Shown: positions 20,247 through 30,457 of the stretch, in pieces
Layout of the letters: each line of letters opens with the position of its first letter
How positions within the stretch are numbered: the stretch's first letter is position 1
From: an uncultured bacterium
GTDB lineage: Bacteria > Omnitrophota > Omnitrophia > Omnitrophales > Aquincolibacteriaceae
Direction: 5' to 3'
DNA length: 64,000 nt
NCBI GenBank assembly: GCA_964385615.1
Contig: CAYLPP010000011.1
Span: forward strand, 19,508 to 83,507
The notes under the pieces: generated by a model
Told to the model about the DNA's origin: nothing
The model's input: the letters and a program-made list of their open reading frames with translations, nothing else
Database searches by the model: none
Made by a program: the position numbers and the translations under genes

Positions 20247-21226
20247 TTTCTAATTCCCATAGCTTTCATGGTTTCATCCAGCGTTTTCGAAGCGACTTCG
20301 CGCGCACGGTCACGGCCCTTATCAAGCACTTTACGGATTTCAGCCGGTTTCGCGGCCCATTCTTCACGCTTTTTGCGGATAGGGTCCAGAAAGGCGTTGA
20401 GCTTGCCCGCCATTTCCATCTTGCAGTCCACGCAGCCGCGTTTCGCTTCACGGCATTCCGAAGCAACCACCGTCACCTGATCCGCGTTAAAAAGCTTGTG
20501 GTGGTAAAAAACCGGGCAGACATCCGGGTTGCCCTTGTCTTCCCTGCGCTTGCGCGCGGGATCCGTCACCATCGCTTTAACTTTTTTCGCGACTGCATCC
20601 GCCGGATCGGAAAGGTAAATGCAGTTGTCGTAACTCTTGCTCATCTTCCGGCCGTCAAGCCCGGGCACTTTCGGTGTCTGGGTCATGATGGCTTCCGGTT
20701 CCGGAAAAATATCCGTTTTGTACAAAAACTTGAACCGCCGCAGAATTTCGCGCGCCAACTCAAGGTGAGGCAGCTGATCTTCGCCCACCGGCACCTTATT
20801 GGCTTTGTATAAAAGAATGTCCGCGGCCTGCAGGACAGGATAGCCCAGAAATCCGAAAGTGTGCAGGTCGCGCCCTTCAATTTCCTTGAGCTGATCTTTG
20901 TAAGTCGGATTGCGTTCCAGCCAGCCCAGCGGAGTCAGCATACCGAGCAAAAGCGCCAGTTCGGCGTGCTCCGGCACTTCACTCTGAATAAAAATCGTGC
21001 ATTTTTCAGGGTCCAGTCCGCTGGCCAGATAATCCAGCACCACTTCCTGAACCTGATCCGCGATTTTAGACGAAGCTTCGTATTCGGTAGTCAGCGCGTG
21101 CAGGTCAGCAATCATAAAGAAGGCATCCTGGCCCTGCAGCTTGGTGAAATTTTCAATAGCGCCTAAATAATTACCGAGATGCAGTTTTCCGGTGGGGCGC
21201 GTACCACTCAAAACACGGGTTGGCAT
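20243..21226 (-). CDS. trpS: Tryptophan--tRNA ligase
   Basis: 327 aa with a HIGH-type motif (TGKLHLGNY) and KMSKS. Confidence 0.9.
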   Translation of the reverse strand: MPTRVLSGTRPTGKLHLGNYLGAIENFTKLQGQDAFFMIADLHALTTEYEASSKIADQVQEVVLDYLASGLDPEKCTIFIQSEVPEHAELALLLGMLTPLGWLERNPTYKDQLKEIEGRDLHTFGFLGYPVLQAADILLYKANKVPVGEDQLPHLELAREILRRFKFLYKTDIFPEPEAIMTQTPKVPGLDGRKMSKSYDNCIYLSDPADAVAKKVKAMVTDPARKRREDKGNPDVCPVFYHHKLFNADQVTVVASECREAKRGCVDCKMEMAGKLNAFLDPIRKKREEWAAKPAEIRKVLDKGRDRAREVASKTLDETMKAMGIRK

Positions 21227-21326
21227 TCAGTCGATCCGCTTCCTTTTTAAACAAAATCAGAGTCTAAAGCGGGCATAGTATAGCGGAAGGCTAGAGGGAT
21301 ATAAACAGCAATTTTTGAGGAAAAAA

Positions 21327-21965
21327 TCAGGAACCGATGGAAACGGCTTCGGCAGTGGTCTTGCGGAGAGGTTTGGCGGCCTGGTTCTCAATGGATGTCG
21401 CGGCGCTGGCCGTTTTCTCAAGCACGACTACGGCGGCTTCGGCACTTGAGGCGACGGTCACGGCGGAAAGATCAGGGGCCGCGTACTTTTTAGCTTCTTC
21501 AGCTTTAATTAAATCTTCAAGGTCCTGAATTTCCTGCTTCAGAACGTCACGGGAAAGCTTGAAGCGGTTATCCGGAAATTTGACCCAAATCAGGTTTCCA
21601 CCCGCGGAAACATTGCACCATTTCATAATCCACTGCTCAACCGTTTCTTTGCGGTAATTCTGGGCCAGAAAGAACTTGGCTAGCTGAGCCCCAAAGGCCG
21701 CTTTGTAATAATGGCCGTCATATACGACTTCGATCTTGCTGGAGCCGAAGCGGTCAATCAGATAAATCAGCTTGGAAAGGTCGGAAACCGGCCGGGTTTT
21801 AAACTGCTGGTAAGCCCGGCTCTCTTCCATAGGAGGAAAATCAGCGGAAAGGTTTTTATCTTTTTCAGCAGCCTGAACGGACTGCGTTAAAAACAGGGGT
21901 AAAAATAAAAAGGCGGCAAGAATCAACCCCGTGAACATTGGTATTCTTGCCGCTCTTTTAAACAT
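21327..21965 (-). CDS. Hypothetical secreted protein (signal peptide, then Ala/Ser-rich C-terminus)
   Basis: Start placed at MFKRAARIPMFTGLILAAFLFLPLFLTQSVQA (signal peptide). No recognised domain. Confidence 0.4.
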   Translation of the reverse strand: MFKRAARIPMFTGLILAAFLFLPLFLTQSVQAAEKDKNLSADFPPMEESRAYQQFKTRPVSDLSKLIYLIDRFGSSKIEVVYDGHYYKAAFGAQLAKFFLAQNYRKETVEQWIMKWCNVSAGGNLIWVKFPDNRFKLSRDVLKQEIQDLEDLIKAEEAKKYAAPDLSAVTVASSAEAAVVVLEKTASAATSIENQAAKPLRKTTAEAVSIGS

Positions 21966-22118
21966 ACCGACCTCTGTTGCCCCTCGCTGGAAGGGGGTGA
22001 AGTTTGTGTACAATAAAAAACTAACAGATGGTTTTATGCTTTGCAATATCCGGGCGTTATTTTACTGAAAAAAGTTTCAGAATCCAGTCAAAATCTTAAA
22101 AAAACGATCTGAAAAGGG

Positions 22119-22349
22119 TTACCGGGAACGGCGGAAATAGCCCAGGAGCGTAACTCCGACCCAGGTTCCTTCCAAAAGGACGAACCCAAACTGGTCGGTT
22201 GTAAGGGCGGCCAATAGAAGAAGAAAACCCCCTGTAAAATTCAGGTGGAGGTAGGTCAAATCGGTTTCCCGGACCTTCTTGGTCTGGAGGAGGAAATAGC
22301 CAAACAGGACGCAACAGGCGCCGACAAAAGAAGCTATTTGGCTTAACAC
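22119..22349 (-). CDS. Hypothetical small membrane protein (76 aa, two predicted TM helices) directly downstream of sulfite reductase
   Basis: Hydrophobic ORF 3 nt after the sulfite reductase stop. It competes with an overlapping 108-aa Pro/Arg-rich ORF in another frame (22096-22422), which I consider less protein-like. Confidence 0.3.
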   Translation of the reverse strand: MLSQIASFVGACCVLFGYFLLQTKKVRETDLTYLHLNFTGGFLLLLAALTTDQFGFVLLEGTWVGVTLLGYFRRSR

Positions 22350-22351
22350 GA

Positions 22352-24067
22352 TTAGAGGCCGGCCGAGGCGGTTTTGAGGTGTTCGAGTCCCGCCCGGTGA
22401 CAGAAGTCGCCAAACCCCTCATTTCCCCGCTTCTCTTTTTTATAGAGTTTAAGAAGGGGCAAAAGGGTGCTGGACAGGTCTTTCAGGGGTACCTTTTCGG
22501 CATAAAGGACGTTCAAACGGTCGCCAATCAGGCTCCCGCCTACATAGATATTGTAGGTACCAACGCTTCGTCCGATAAACGAGATTTCCGCGTTGTAGGG
22601 CCGGGCGCATCCATTAGGGCAGCCGGTCATCCGGGCCATAATCCTCTGGCCGGAAAGCCCCAAATCCGCGATATGCTTTTCAAGCTCCCCGATCACGTCC
22701 GGGAAAACACGCTCAGATTCGGCAATCGCCAGCCCGCAGGTCGGCAGAGCCACGCAAGCCATGGAATCTTTGCGGATATTGGAAAACTGCTCCTGAAGAG
22801 GGATTCCATAAGAGGTCAAAAAAGCTTCAACTTCTTTTTTCTGGTTTTCACTAAAACCGGAAAAAAGAATGTCCTGCTGAGCGGTCACGTAAATCATCGG
22901 GCGGTATTTTTCGACAAGAGCGCGGAAGCCGGATTTCATCCGGAAACTGCCTTCATCTTTGATGCGTCCGTTTTGAATTGGAAGCCCCAGAAACCATTTT
23001 CCGTTTCCTTCTTCATGCCAGCCCAGGTGGTTATAAATACCATCCCATTTAAGCGGACGCGGATCTTCCGTTTTTTTACCGAAACGCTTTTCGACTTCTT
23101 CGCGGAACTTGGCAAGCCCCATCCGGTCGATGGTGTATTTCAAACGCGCCGTTTTGCGGTCTTCACGGTTTCCGAAATCACGCTGAGTCAAAACCACGGC
23201 TTCGGCAATCTTGACCAAATCTTCCGGTTTCACGAAGCAAAGAGGACTGCCCAATCGCGGATAAGTTGTTTTCACGCCATGAGTCGTGCCGAATCCCCCG
23301 CCCGCGAGAATGGTAAACCCAAGCAGCTTTTCATCTTTGATCTCGGGAACGATTCCAAGATCGTTGGAATAAACGTCAACGCAGTTGTCATCGGGAAAAG
23401 CGAAAGCGATTTTGAATTTACGGGGCAAAAAAGTCTTGCCGTAAATCGGCTCAACTTCTTCAGGGCTTTTGGTCTCAACCCCTTTGATCCTTTCACCATC
23501 CAGCCAGATTTCTTCGTAAGCTCCGCCCTTGGCCAAAAAATGATTGGATACCTTCACAGCGTACTCAAAAATTCCATACTTTGCGCGATCATGAAAAGGC
23601 GCGGGGCAGTAAAGCACGTTGCGGACATTGTCTCCGCAGGCACCCTGTGTGCTGGACTGAGCCTTATGGACGGCCTGCATGAATTTTTTAAGATTCACTT
23701 TCTTAATGGAGTAGAACTGAAAGGTCTGCCGGGTCGTAGCGCGCAAAGTGTGATTGCCGAACTGGTCGGCAATTTCATCAAACTGAATGTATTGCTCAGG
23801 AAAGAGTTTCCCGCCGGTTGTCCGGAGCCGGGCCATCATACCGTAAGCAGGTTCTTTCTTTTCCGCCAGAAGCTTCTGGCGAAGATCACGGTCATCCTGC
23901 TCATAAGTCCCGTGAGACTTCAGAAGAATATTGTCTTCTTTGCCGAAATGGGTCGTGTCTTTTGCGAGCTCTTCAGCAATGGTTCCGCGAAGATAAAGGC
24001 TCTTCTCTTTGGCAACTTCGTTAGGAGTGGGTCTTCCAGGCTCAGGCATAGACGGGAATTTTATCAA
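22352..24067 (-). CDS. Assimilatory sulfite/nitrite reductase hemoprotein (siroheme-[4Fe-4S])
   Basis: 571 aa with duplicated nitrite/sulfite reductase ferredoxin-like halves and a Cys cluster (TGCPNGCARP; ACVALPTCGLA). Confidence 0.8.
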   Translation of the reverse strand: MIKFPSMPEPGRPTPNEVAKEKSLYLRGTIAEELAKDTTHFGKEDNILLKSHGTYEQDDRDLRQKLLAEKKEPAYGMMARLRTTGGKLFPEQYIQFDEIADQFGNHTLRATTRQTFQFYSIKKVNLKKFMQAVHKAQSSTQGACGDNVRNVLYCPAPFHDRAKYGIFEYAVKVSNHFLAKGGAYEEIWLDGERIKGVETKSPEEVEPIYGKTFLPRKFKIAFAFPDDNCVDVYSNDLGIVPEIKDEKLLGFTILAGGGFGTTHGVKTTYPRLGSPLCFVKPEDLVKIAEAVVLTQRDFGNREDRKTARLKYTIDRMGLAKFREEVEKRFGKKTEDPRPLKWDGIYNHLGWHEEGNGKWFLGLPIQNGRIKDEGSFRMKSGFRALVEKYRPMIYVTAQQDILFSGFSENQKKEVEAFLTSYGIPLQEQFSNIRKDSMACVALPTCGLAIAESERVFPDVIGELEKHIADLGLSGQRIMARMTGCPNGCARPYNAEISFIGRSVGTYNIYVGGSLIGDRLNVLYAEKVPLKDLSSTLLPLLKLYKKEKRGNEGFGDFCHRAGLEHLKTASAGL

Positions 24068-24098
24068 AAACCGCGGAAATTGTGTAAAAAAGCTTGGC

Positions 24099-26204
24099 TT
24101 ACCGCAGGAAGGCTTCCCGAACTCCCCCGTCCACGCTCAGCACACAGCCGGTCGTTTTGGAGGATTCCGGAGAAATTAAAAAAGCGGCGGCTTCCGCGAC
24201 ATCTTCCGGAAGGACCGGGGTTTTCATCAAGTTGCGGTTCTGATAGAACTTTTCAAGCTGTCCGGACGCGATGCCGTAACTTTTCGCCCGGCCCGGCCCG
24301 ATTTTTTCCCAAAGACCGGAATCTTCAAAAACACCGTCGGGATTAATCATATTCACGCGAATCCCCTGACCGCCATTTTCAATCGCAAGCACGCGGGCCA
24401 GCTGAGCCTGAGCAGCCTTGGAAGCGCTGTAAGCGCCAAAATCCTTGCCGGGTGCCGGTACATTTTTGGTTACGACAAACACAATGGACCCGCCGAGCTT
24501 TTGTCTCTGCATGACCTTAACGGTTTCACGCGCGGCCAGAAAATGCCCGGTCGCATTGACCGCGAGGCATTTTTCCCAGTCTTCAAGTTTCAGCTGATCA
24601 ATGGAGGAAACATGGGCAAGGCCCGCGTTTGAAACCAGAAAATCAATCCCTCCGAATTTCAAAACAACATCCTCCACGCAGCGGCGTACGCTTTCCTGAC
24701 TGGTCACATCCATGCGGGCGGCAACAACACGCGAAGCTTTGATTTTTCCATTAATTTCTTCAGCCGCTTTTTGGGCGGCAGGCAGATTGATATCCGTCAG
24801 AAATACATGAGCGCCTTTAGCCGCCATTTTCTCAGCGATCGATTTACCGATACCCCGCGCGGCGCCGGTCACAAGCCCGATCTGCCTGGAAAAACGGGCT
24901 TCCGGCGGAGCCAGCGAAAGTTTGTAAAGCTCCATAGGCCAGTAATCCATTTCGAAGGCCAGCTTTTCGGAAAGGGATTTATAGGAATCCAGAGACGAAG
25001 CATTTTTCATAACCGAAACAGAATGCTCGTAAATCTCCGAAACAATCTTCGCGCTTTTCAGATCCAGGCCGGTCGAAACAATCCCGATACCGGGAAGAAG
25101 AATAACTTTCGGATACGGGTCCAGCATTTTACGGTGAGCTTCGGGAAGCAGGTGTTTGTGACGGTCAAAATATGCCTGATGGCTGTCCGCGTAAGCTTGA
25201 ATCTGACGGGCAAGACTCTCCGAAGTCACCCGGCCTTTGGCATCCGGCTTCACATAAAGCGGAACCCGGCGAGTGCGCAGCATATGATCCGGCGTGGCCG
25301 GACCCTGCTGAGAGATTTCCGGAGTATTGCGGGCATTGACGAAATCCATGACCTCAGGAGAATCGTTAAAATGAAGAATGACTTTTTTATGACCGCTGAC
25401 GGATTTACGGATCACCGGGAGATTTTCCAGAAGCCATGCGCGTTTCTCGGCGGTACCGGCCGTTTTGTATTTCGCGGGGCTCCACTTTTTCTTTTTGCGC
25501 GCCGCGGCCAGATACTTTTCAGCGCGCGTAACCATTTCAATCGTCAGACTGTAACTGGTTTTAGCATCCGGCGCCCAGGTAATTAAACCGTGCTTTTCCA
25601 TAATCAGGCCTTTGGCTTTTTTATTCTTTTGGTACGCCTCGCCAACCCACTTGGCCAGCGTGAACCCCGGCTTCACATAAGGAACCCAGAGCAGTTCATC
25701 TCCGAAAATTTTACGCGCGATTTCACGCCCGCGGGTGTTGTTGGTTATCGCGAGAATCGCGTCGGCGTGCGTGTGATCGATATCTTTCTGATCCACAAAC
25801 GCGTGAAGCAGAACTTCAATGGAAGGCCGGGGGGCTTTGGGCTCAAGAAGACACTTGGAAACGTAATCCACCATCTCCTCGTCAGTCATATTTTCAATCT
25901 TGAAAGCTTCCTGCAGATCTTCAAGAAGCACGGGGGGATAATCTTTACGGGTAGATGATTTCAGATCGGAACCGCTGCCTTTGATGCACAGCGCGCGGCG
26001 CTTACGCCCGCGATGATCGACCCAGTCCATTTTTGTGGAGGTATTGCCTCCGCCCCAGACACAAAGGTCGGCGGAACTTCCAATCAGGCGTGAGCGGTAA
26101 ACAAGCAGGTCAAGAGCGTCTTTGCACTTACCGGCCTCTTTGTCATTCCATAAATTTTTCACAGCGTATCGATGCCTTTTGACATAGGCCGGGTATGATA
26201 TCAC
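24099..26204 (-). CDS. Bifunctional class-II aldolase (rhamnulose-1-phosphate aldolase-like) / short-chain dehydrogenase
   Basis: 701 aa. N-terminal class-II aldolase/adducin domain; C-terminal SDR with TGAARGIGKSIAEK Rossmann motif and a YSASKAA catalytic motif. Confidence 0.8.
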   Translation of the reverse strand: MISYPAYVKRHRYAVKNLWNDKEAGKCKDALDLLVYRSRLIGSSADLCVWGGGNTSTKMDWVDHRGRKRRALCIKGSGSDLKSSTRKDYPPVLLEDLQEAFKIENMTDEEMVDYVSKCLLEPKAPRPSIEVLLHAFVDQKDIDHTHADAILAITNNTRGREIARKIFGDELLWVPYVKPGFTLAKWVGEAYQKNKKAKGLIMEKHGLITWAPDAKTSYSLTIEMVTRAEKYLAAARKKKKWSPAKYKTAGTAEKRAWLLENLPVIRKSVSGHKKVILHFNDSPEVMDFVNARNTPEISQQGPATPDHMLRTRRVPLYVKPDAKGRVTSESLARQIQAYADSHQAYFDRHKHLLPEAHRKMLDPYPKVILLPGIGIVSTGLDLKSAKIVSEIYEHSVSVMKNASSLDSYKSLSEKLAFEMDYWPMELYKLSLAPPEARFSRQIGLVTGAARGIGKSIAEKMAAKGAHVFLTDINLPAAQKAAEEINGKIKASRVVAARMDVTSQESVRRCVEDVVLKFGGIDFLVSNAGLAHVSSIDQLKLEDWEKCLAVNATGHFLAARETVKVMQRQKLGGSIVFVVTKNVPAPGKDFGAYSASKAAQAQLARVLAIENGGQGIRVNMINPDGVFEDSGLWEKIGPGRAKSYGIASGQLEKFYQNRNLMKTPVLPEDVAEAAAFLISPESSKTTGCVLSVDGGVREAFLR

Positions 26205-26227
26205 AACACGCCGTAATTTTCGAACAA

Positions 26228-28096
26228 TCAGGACGGCTGGATAATGTCGTTCTCGAGCCAGGAGTACTTGGACTCCAGAGCATTCTGAGCGATCTTATAG
26301 GCAAACTTATCGCTATTAATGAAGAGGTGTTTAAAATCCCTTTCGATGCGTCCGCGAGCCTGCCGGCAGAAAAGATCGGCCAGTTCAACCGGGCCCTTAT
26401 CGGAAGGATTATCCTGAGCGTGTTTAATCGCCCGTGAGCACGTCGCCGCGATGGCAAAAAGGTCCGTACCGACATTGACCAGACGGCTCATCAACTGCTG
26501 TTTGGCTTCAAGCCCCTGCTGGTAAATCATCATGGCGTGAAAAAGAGAACGCGCGAGCTTGTGCGCGGTACGCCCGGCATAAGCCATATGGCCTTTAAGT
26601 TCCGCGGGAATATTCACGCCGGAAGGAAGCTGAGAGCCGTAGAAAAGCTGTTTGGGATACCAGCCCGCGTAAAAAGCCGTTGAAGAAAAAAGTTTGGAAA
26701 ACCGTTCTCCCATTTTGGTTTTAGGAGAAACAATCGGCATGATGCGCTGAACATGAGAATCCATGGCTTCGCGCGCGATAAAAAGACGCATGATCTGGCT
26801 GGTACCTTCAATGATCGTATTGATACGCGCGTCACGCATGATACGCTCAACCGCCCAGCCTTTTTCACCGCGGGCTTTGAGTGAAGGTCCGGTTTCATAC
26901 CCGCGCCCTCCGCGGATCTGAATGGTGCCGTCCACAATGTGCCAGCTGGCTTCCGTGCAGGAAAGCTTGGCCATCGCGGCTTCAAGGCGGATATCATTTT
27001 TCTTATCATCCGCCATCTGTGAAGCAAGATAGGTCACGGCATCCATCGCGTAAACCGTGGCAGCCATCGATGCAATTTTGTTGGCGACCGCCTCATGCTT
27101 GCCGATGACATTCCCCCACTGCGTGCGTTCATTAGCCCAGAGACGCGCGACTTTCAAACACCACTTTGAAGCGCCGGTCACGGCGGCCGGCATCGTCAGC
27201 CGGCCCGTGTTCAAAGTCGTAAGCGCGAGCTTCAACCCTTTGCCTTCACCCAGGAGAATATTTTCACGGGGCACTTTCACATTTTTGAAACGAAGCAGAC
27301 CGTTTTGAATCCCTTTCAAGCCCATGAAACTGCAGCGGTGAATCACTTCCACGCCCTGCATTTCCTTGCGGTCCACAATAAAAGCCGTGATCTGCTGTTT
27401 CTCACGGCCCTTCACCATTTTTCCGGGTGTCTGAGTCATGACCACGAGAAGCTCGGCCACGGGGCCGTTGGTGCACCACAGCTTCTCACCATTAATAATG
27501 AAGTATTTGCCGTCCTCAACCGGTTCGGCTTTGGTCTTCATGCGCGCCGGATCAGAACCGACTTCAGGCTCCGTCAGGGCAAACGCGGAAATCGCACCGC
27601 CGGCAAAACGGGGCAGGTATTTTTTCTTCTGTTCTTCGGTACCGAACATCATAAGGGGTTTAGGCACACCGATAGACTGATGCGCGGAAAGCCACACGGC
27701 GGTCGAAGAGCAGTAACTCGCGACTAAATGGCAGGCGCGGTTGTAATTGACCTGAGAAAGACCCAGCCCGCCGTATTCTTTCGGGATGCGCAGGGCAAAA
27801 GCCTTCATATCGGCCAGAGCTTTCAAAGCGTTCGGGGGAATGTCTCCGGTACGGTCGACTTCATCCGGATTGATATGTTCTTTAAGGACGGCTTCCAATT
27901 TTCTGAGGTACTCATCGCCGATTTTCTTGTCTTCGGCGCTCTGGACGGGGTAAGGCAGGATCAAATCCCAGCGCAAACGGCCCTGAAAAAGCTCGGCCAC
28001 AAAACTGGGCTGTTTCCACTCTTCACGCGAATCTTCCGCGAGTTCAAGCGCCTTGACTTTGCCTTCGCCTAATTTCTTTTCATCCAGAATATCCAT
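26228..28096 (-). CDS. Acyl-CoA dehydrogenase family protein (long form with C-terminal extension)
   Basis: 622 aa with the ACAD N-, middle beta-barrel and C-terminal helical domains. Confidence 0.7.
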   Translation of the reverse strand: MDILDEKKLGEGKVKALELAEDSREEWKQPSFVAELFQGRLRWDLILPYPVQSAEDKKIGDEYLRKLEAVLKEHINPDEVDRTGDIPPNALKALADMKAFALRIPKEYGGLGLSQVNYNRACHLVASYCSSTAVWLSAHQSIGVPKPLMMFGTEEQKKKYLPRFAGGAISAFALTEPEVGSDPARMKTKAEPVEDGKYFIINGEKLWCTNGPVAELLVVMTQTPGKMVKGREKQQITAFIVDRKEMQGVEVIHRCSFMGLKGIQNGLLRFKNVKVPRENILLGEGKGLKLALTTLNTGRLTMPAAVTGASKWCLKVARLWANERTQWGNVIGKHEAVANKIASMAATVYAMDAVTYLASQMADDKKNDIRLEAAMAKLSCTEASWHIVDGTIQIRGGRGYETGPSLKARGEKGWAVERIMRDARINTIIEGTSQIMRLFIAREAMDSHVQRIMPIVSPKTKMGERFSKLFSSTAFYAGWYPKQLFYGSQLPSGVNIPAELKGHMAYAGRTAHKLARSLFHAMMIYQQGLEAKQQLMSRLVNVGTDLFAIAATCSRAIKHAQDNPSDKGPVELADLFCRQARGRIERDFKHLFINSDKFAYKIAQNALESKYSWLENDIIQPS

Positions 28097-28220
28097 AATT
28101 CCCCCGCTGCGGGCCGGGGTTGCTCCAAACGGAGGACCGGCCGACGTTATGAGTGTACCTGACGAATAATGTTACGGCTAGTTTTGGGAAGTCTTTATGG
28201 CCGGCGATAGCGCACCAGCA

Positions 28221-29234
28221 CTAATCGACGATGCAGAGAAGGCCTTTGAGGTATTCGCCTTCGGGGTGAAAAATATTGATAGGATGGTCAAACGAGTGAG
28301 ATGTTTTCTGAATGATCTTCAGGGAGCGCCGGACATCTTTGGCCGCTCCAAAAATGATTTTCTGGAAAAGGTCCGGGTCAATATAAGAAGAGCAGGACGC
28401 CGTATAAAGAAGTCCGCCCGGCGCCAGATGCTTAAGCGCGTACATATTAATATCTTTGTAGCCCCGGGAAGCCTGGTTAATCTGACCTTTATTTTTGCAG
28501 AACGCCGGCGGATCGAGAATAATCATGTCGAATTCCTGGCGGGTATCCCTCAGGTATTGAAAAACGTCGGTGCAGACCTGCGCGTGCTGTTTATCTGAAA
28601 ACCCGTTCTTCTCCAGATTGATTTTCGCGGTATTCAGGGCCGGCTGGGAGGAATCGATGCTGACGGTTTCCATGGCCCCGCCCGCAGCTGCGTAAATTGA
28701 AAACCCGCCTGTGTAGGAAAAACAATTCAGAACCCGCTTGCCCCGGCTGACACTGCCGATCAGCCTGCGGTTTTCACGCTGATCCAGGAAAAACCCGGTT
28801 TTCTGCCCCTGATGAATGTCGACTAAAAAAGAGTGCCCGTTCTCGCGGACTTCCACGAAATCGGGAGGTTCATCCCCCGCCAATTTACCGATACGCTCGG
28901 GAAGCCCTTCCCATTCACGGGCTTCCGAATCGTCTTTTTCAAAAATCCCGCGGAATAAAAGCTCTTTCTGGAAAATATCGACAATAGTTTCTTTCCATTT
29001 TTCCATTCCAGCAGTCAGAAATTGCACAACCAGAAAGTCGGCGTAACGGTCCACGATCAAACCCGGAAGCCCGTCGCCTTCAGAATGAATCATACGGCAG
29101 CAGTCGGTTTCTTCGGGCATAAACCGGTCGCGCAAACGGACCGCGTTGCGGATTTTTCGCTCAAAAAAAGCCCGGTTGATTTCAGACTCGTCAAAAGTCA
29201 GCATGCGGATAGCGATCTGCGAACGCGGATTCAA
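28221..29234 (-). CDS. Class I SAM-dependent rRNA (cytosine-C5) methyltransferase, RlmI-like
   Basis: 337 aa with an N-terminal PUA-like region and a C-terminal methyltransferase (LNCFSYTGGFS, DPPAF). Confidence 0.65.
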   Translation of the reverse strand: MNPRSQIAIRMLTFDESEINRAFFERKIRNAVRLRDRFMPEETDCCRMIHSEGDGLPGLIVDRYADFLVVQFLTAGMEKWKETIVDIFQKELLFRGIFEKDDSEAREWEGLPERIGKLAGDEPPDFVEVRENGHSFLVDIHQGQKTGFFLDQRENRRLIGSVSRGKRVLNCFSYTGGFSIYAAAGGAMETVSIDSSQPALNTAKINLEKNGFSDKQHAQVCTDVFQYLRDTRQEFDMIILDPPAFCKNKGQINQASRGYKDINMYALKHLAPGGLLYTASCSSYIDPDLFQKIIFGAAKDVRRSLKIIQKTSHSFDHPINIFHPEGEYLKGLLCIVD

Positions 29235-29395
29235 ATAGCCAGTACCCAGAAATTTTTCCTGCGAGGAATAAACCTTGATCAGATCGCCGGTTTTATAGTC
29301 GTCATCAATCCGGTCGATGGCGCCTGAAAAAACCCAGGGGTGGAAACCTTCAAGCGGTTTTTCTTTCTCAGGCTTGAGGTAACAGCGGATGGTCT

Positions 29396-30457
29396 TCAGA
29401 GGTGGACTTCCATTTTACGGTCCTTAAGCGCCTGCACGATACTGCGGATGGACTCGCTTTTGGACTTGGGGCAAATCAGAACCGCGTCGTCAGTATCAAC
29501 GACTACAAAATCCTTCACGCCGATCATGGCGACCAGGCGTTTTTCGGACTTCACGATATTATTTTCACTTTCAAGAAGCACCGCCCGCCCGCGCACAGAA
29601 TTTCCATCCGCGTCTTTTTCCCAGAACTCCTCAAATGCGAGCCACCCTCCCAGGTCGTGCCAGCCGATATCCACGGGAAGCGTAAGAATATTTCCGGCCA
29701 TTTTTTCCATCAAACCGTAGTCGATGGAAATATTAGGCATCTTCTTGTAGAGATTGTTCAGGCTCTTATTCAGGCCCAGACTCATGATTTTCATGGAAAG
29801 CTCGTAAGCTTCAGGGAGGTGTTTTCTCGCGGTCTCCAGCATTTTATCCGCGCGCCAGACAAACATACCGCTGTTCCAGAGGAAACGCCCGCTTTTCACG
29901 AACTTCTTGGCTTTCGCGGCGTCAGGCTTCTCATGAAATCTTTTCAAACGAAAAACATTCAGTCCCTGACTTTTGGAAAATTTCGGCCCCATTTCCAGAT
30001 AACCGTAACCGGTATTGGCAAACGCGGGCTTGATGCCGAAAGTGACGGGCAACCCGGTCTGCTCGGTGAATTTGGACGCGGCACTCAGCGCTTTGCGGAA
30101 TAACGCTTCATTGGCGATCCGGTGATCAGAAGGAAGAATCGCGATGACCGCTTTCGGATCACGCTTAAGAAACATAGCCGCGGCGAGCACAGCACAGGGC
30201 GCGGTGTTACGGCCGACCGGCTCGCCGACAATCTGGCCGGAAGAAAGCTTCAGAAGTTTGCCGGCAAGTTTTACGTGCTGTTTGTTGGTAATGACCAGCA
30301 CGCGGGAAGAAGGAATCACGGGATGCAGACGGTTAACCGTCTGTTCGATCAAAGTTTTTTTTCCGAAGATGGAGAGAAACTGTTTAGGTTTGAGGCTGCG
30401 GCTTTCGGGCCAAAAGCGGGTGCCCGATCCGCCTGCCATGATCAGAGACCAGAGCAT
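29396..30457 (-). CDS. manC: Mannose-1-phosphate guanylyltransferase
   Basis: 353 aa. N-terminal nucleotidyltransferase motif LIMAGGSGTRFWP...KPKQF. Confidence 0.8.
   Translation of the reverse strand: MLWSLIMAGGSGTRFWPESRSLKPKQFLSIFGKKTLIEQTVNRLHPVIPSSRVLVITNKQHVKLAGKLLKLSSGQIVGEPVGRNTAPCAVLAAAMFLKRDPKAVIAILPSDHRIANEALFRKALSAASKFTEQTGLPVTFGIKPAFANTGYGYLEMGPKFSKSQGLNVFRLKRFHEKPDAAKAKKFVKSGRFLWNSGMFVWRADKMLETARKHLPEAYELSMKIMSLGLNKSLNNLYKKMPNISIDYGLMEKMAGNILTLPVDIGWHDLGGWLAFEEFWEKDADGNSVRGRAVLLESENNIVKSEKRLVAMIGVKDFVVVDTDDAVLICPKSKSESIRSIVQALKDRKMEVHL

Noticed and set aside
22096-22422. 108-aa Pro/Arg-rich ORF overlapping the sulfite reductase 3' end
   Set aside because: It overlaps the sulfite reductase gene on the same strand by ~70 nt in another frame and is low-complexity (PRP-rich). 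The 76-aa hydrophobic ORF at 22119-22349 is the more plausible gene, though neither is certain.
22379-24346. 655-aa ORF on the plus strand
   Set aside because: It is antisense to the sulfite reductase and aldolase/SDR genes, with Arg/Phe/Gly-rich composition and no domain. A shadow ORF.
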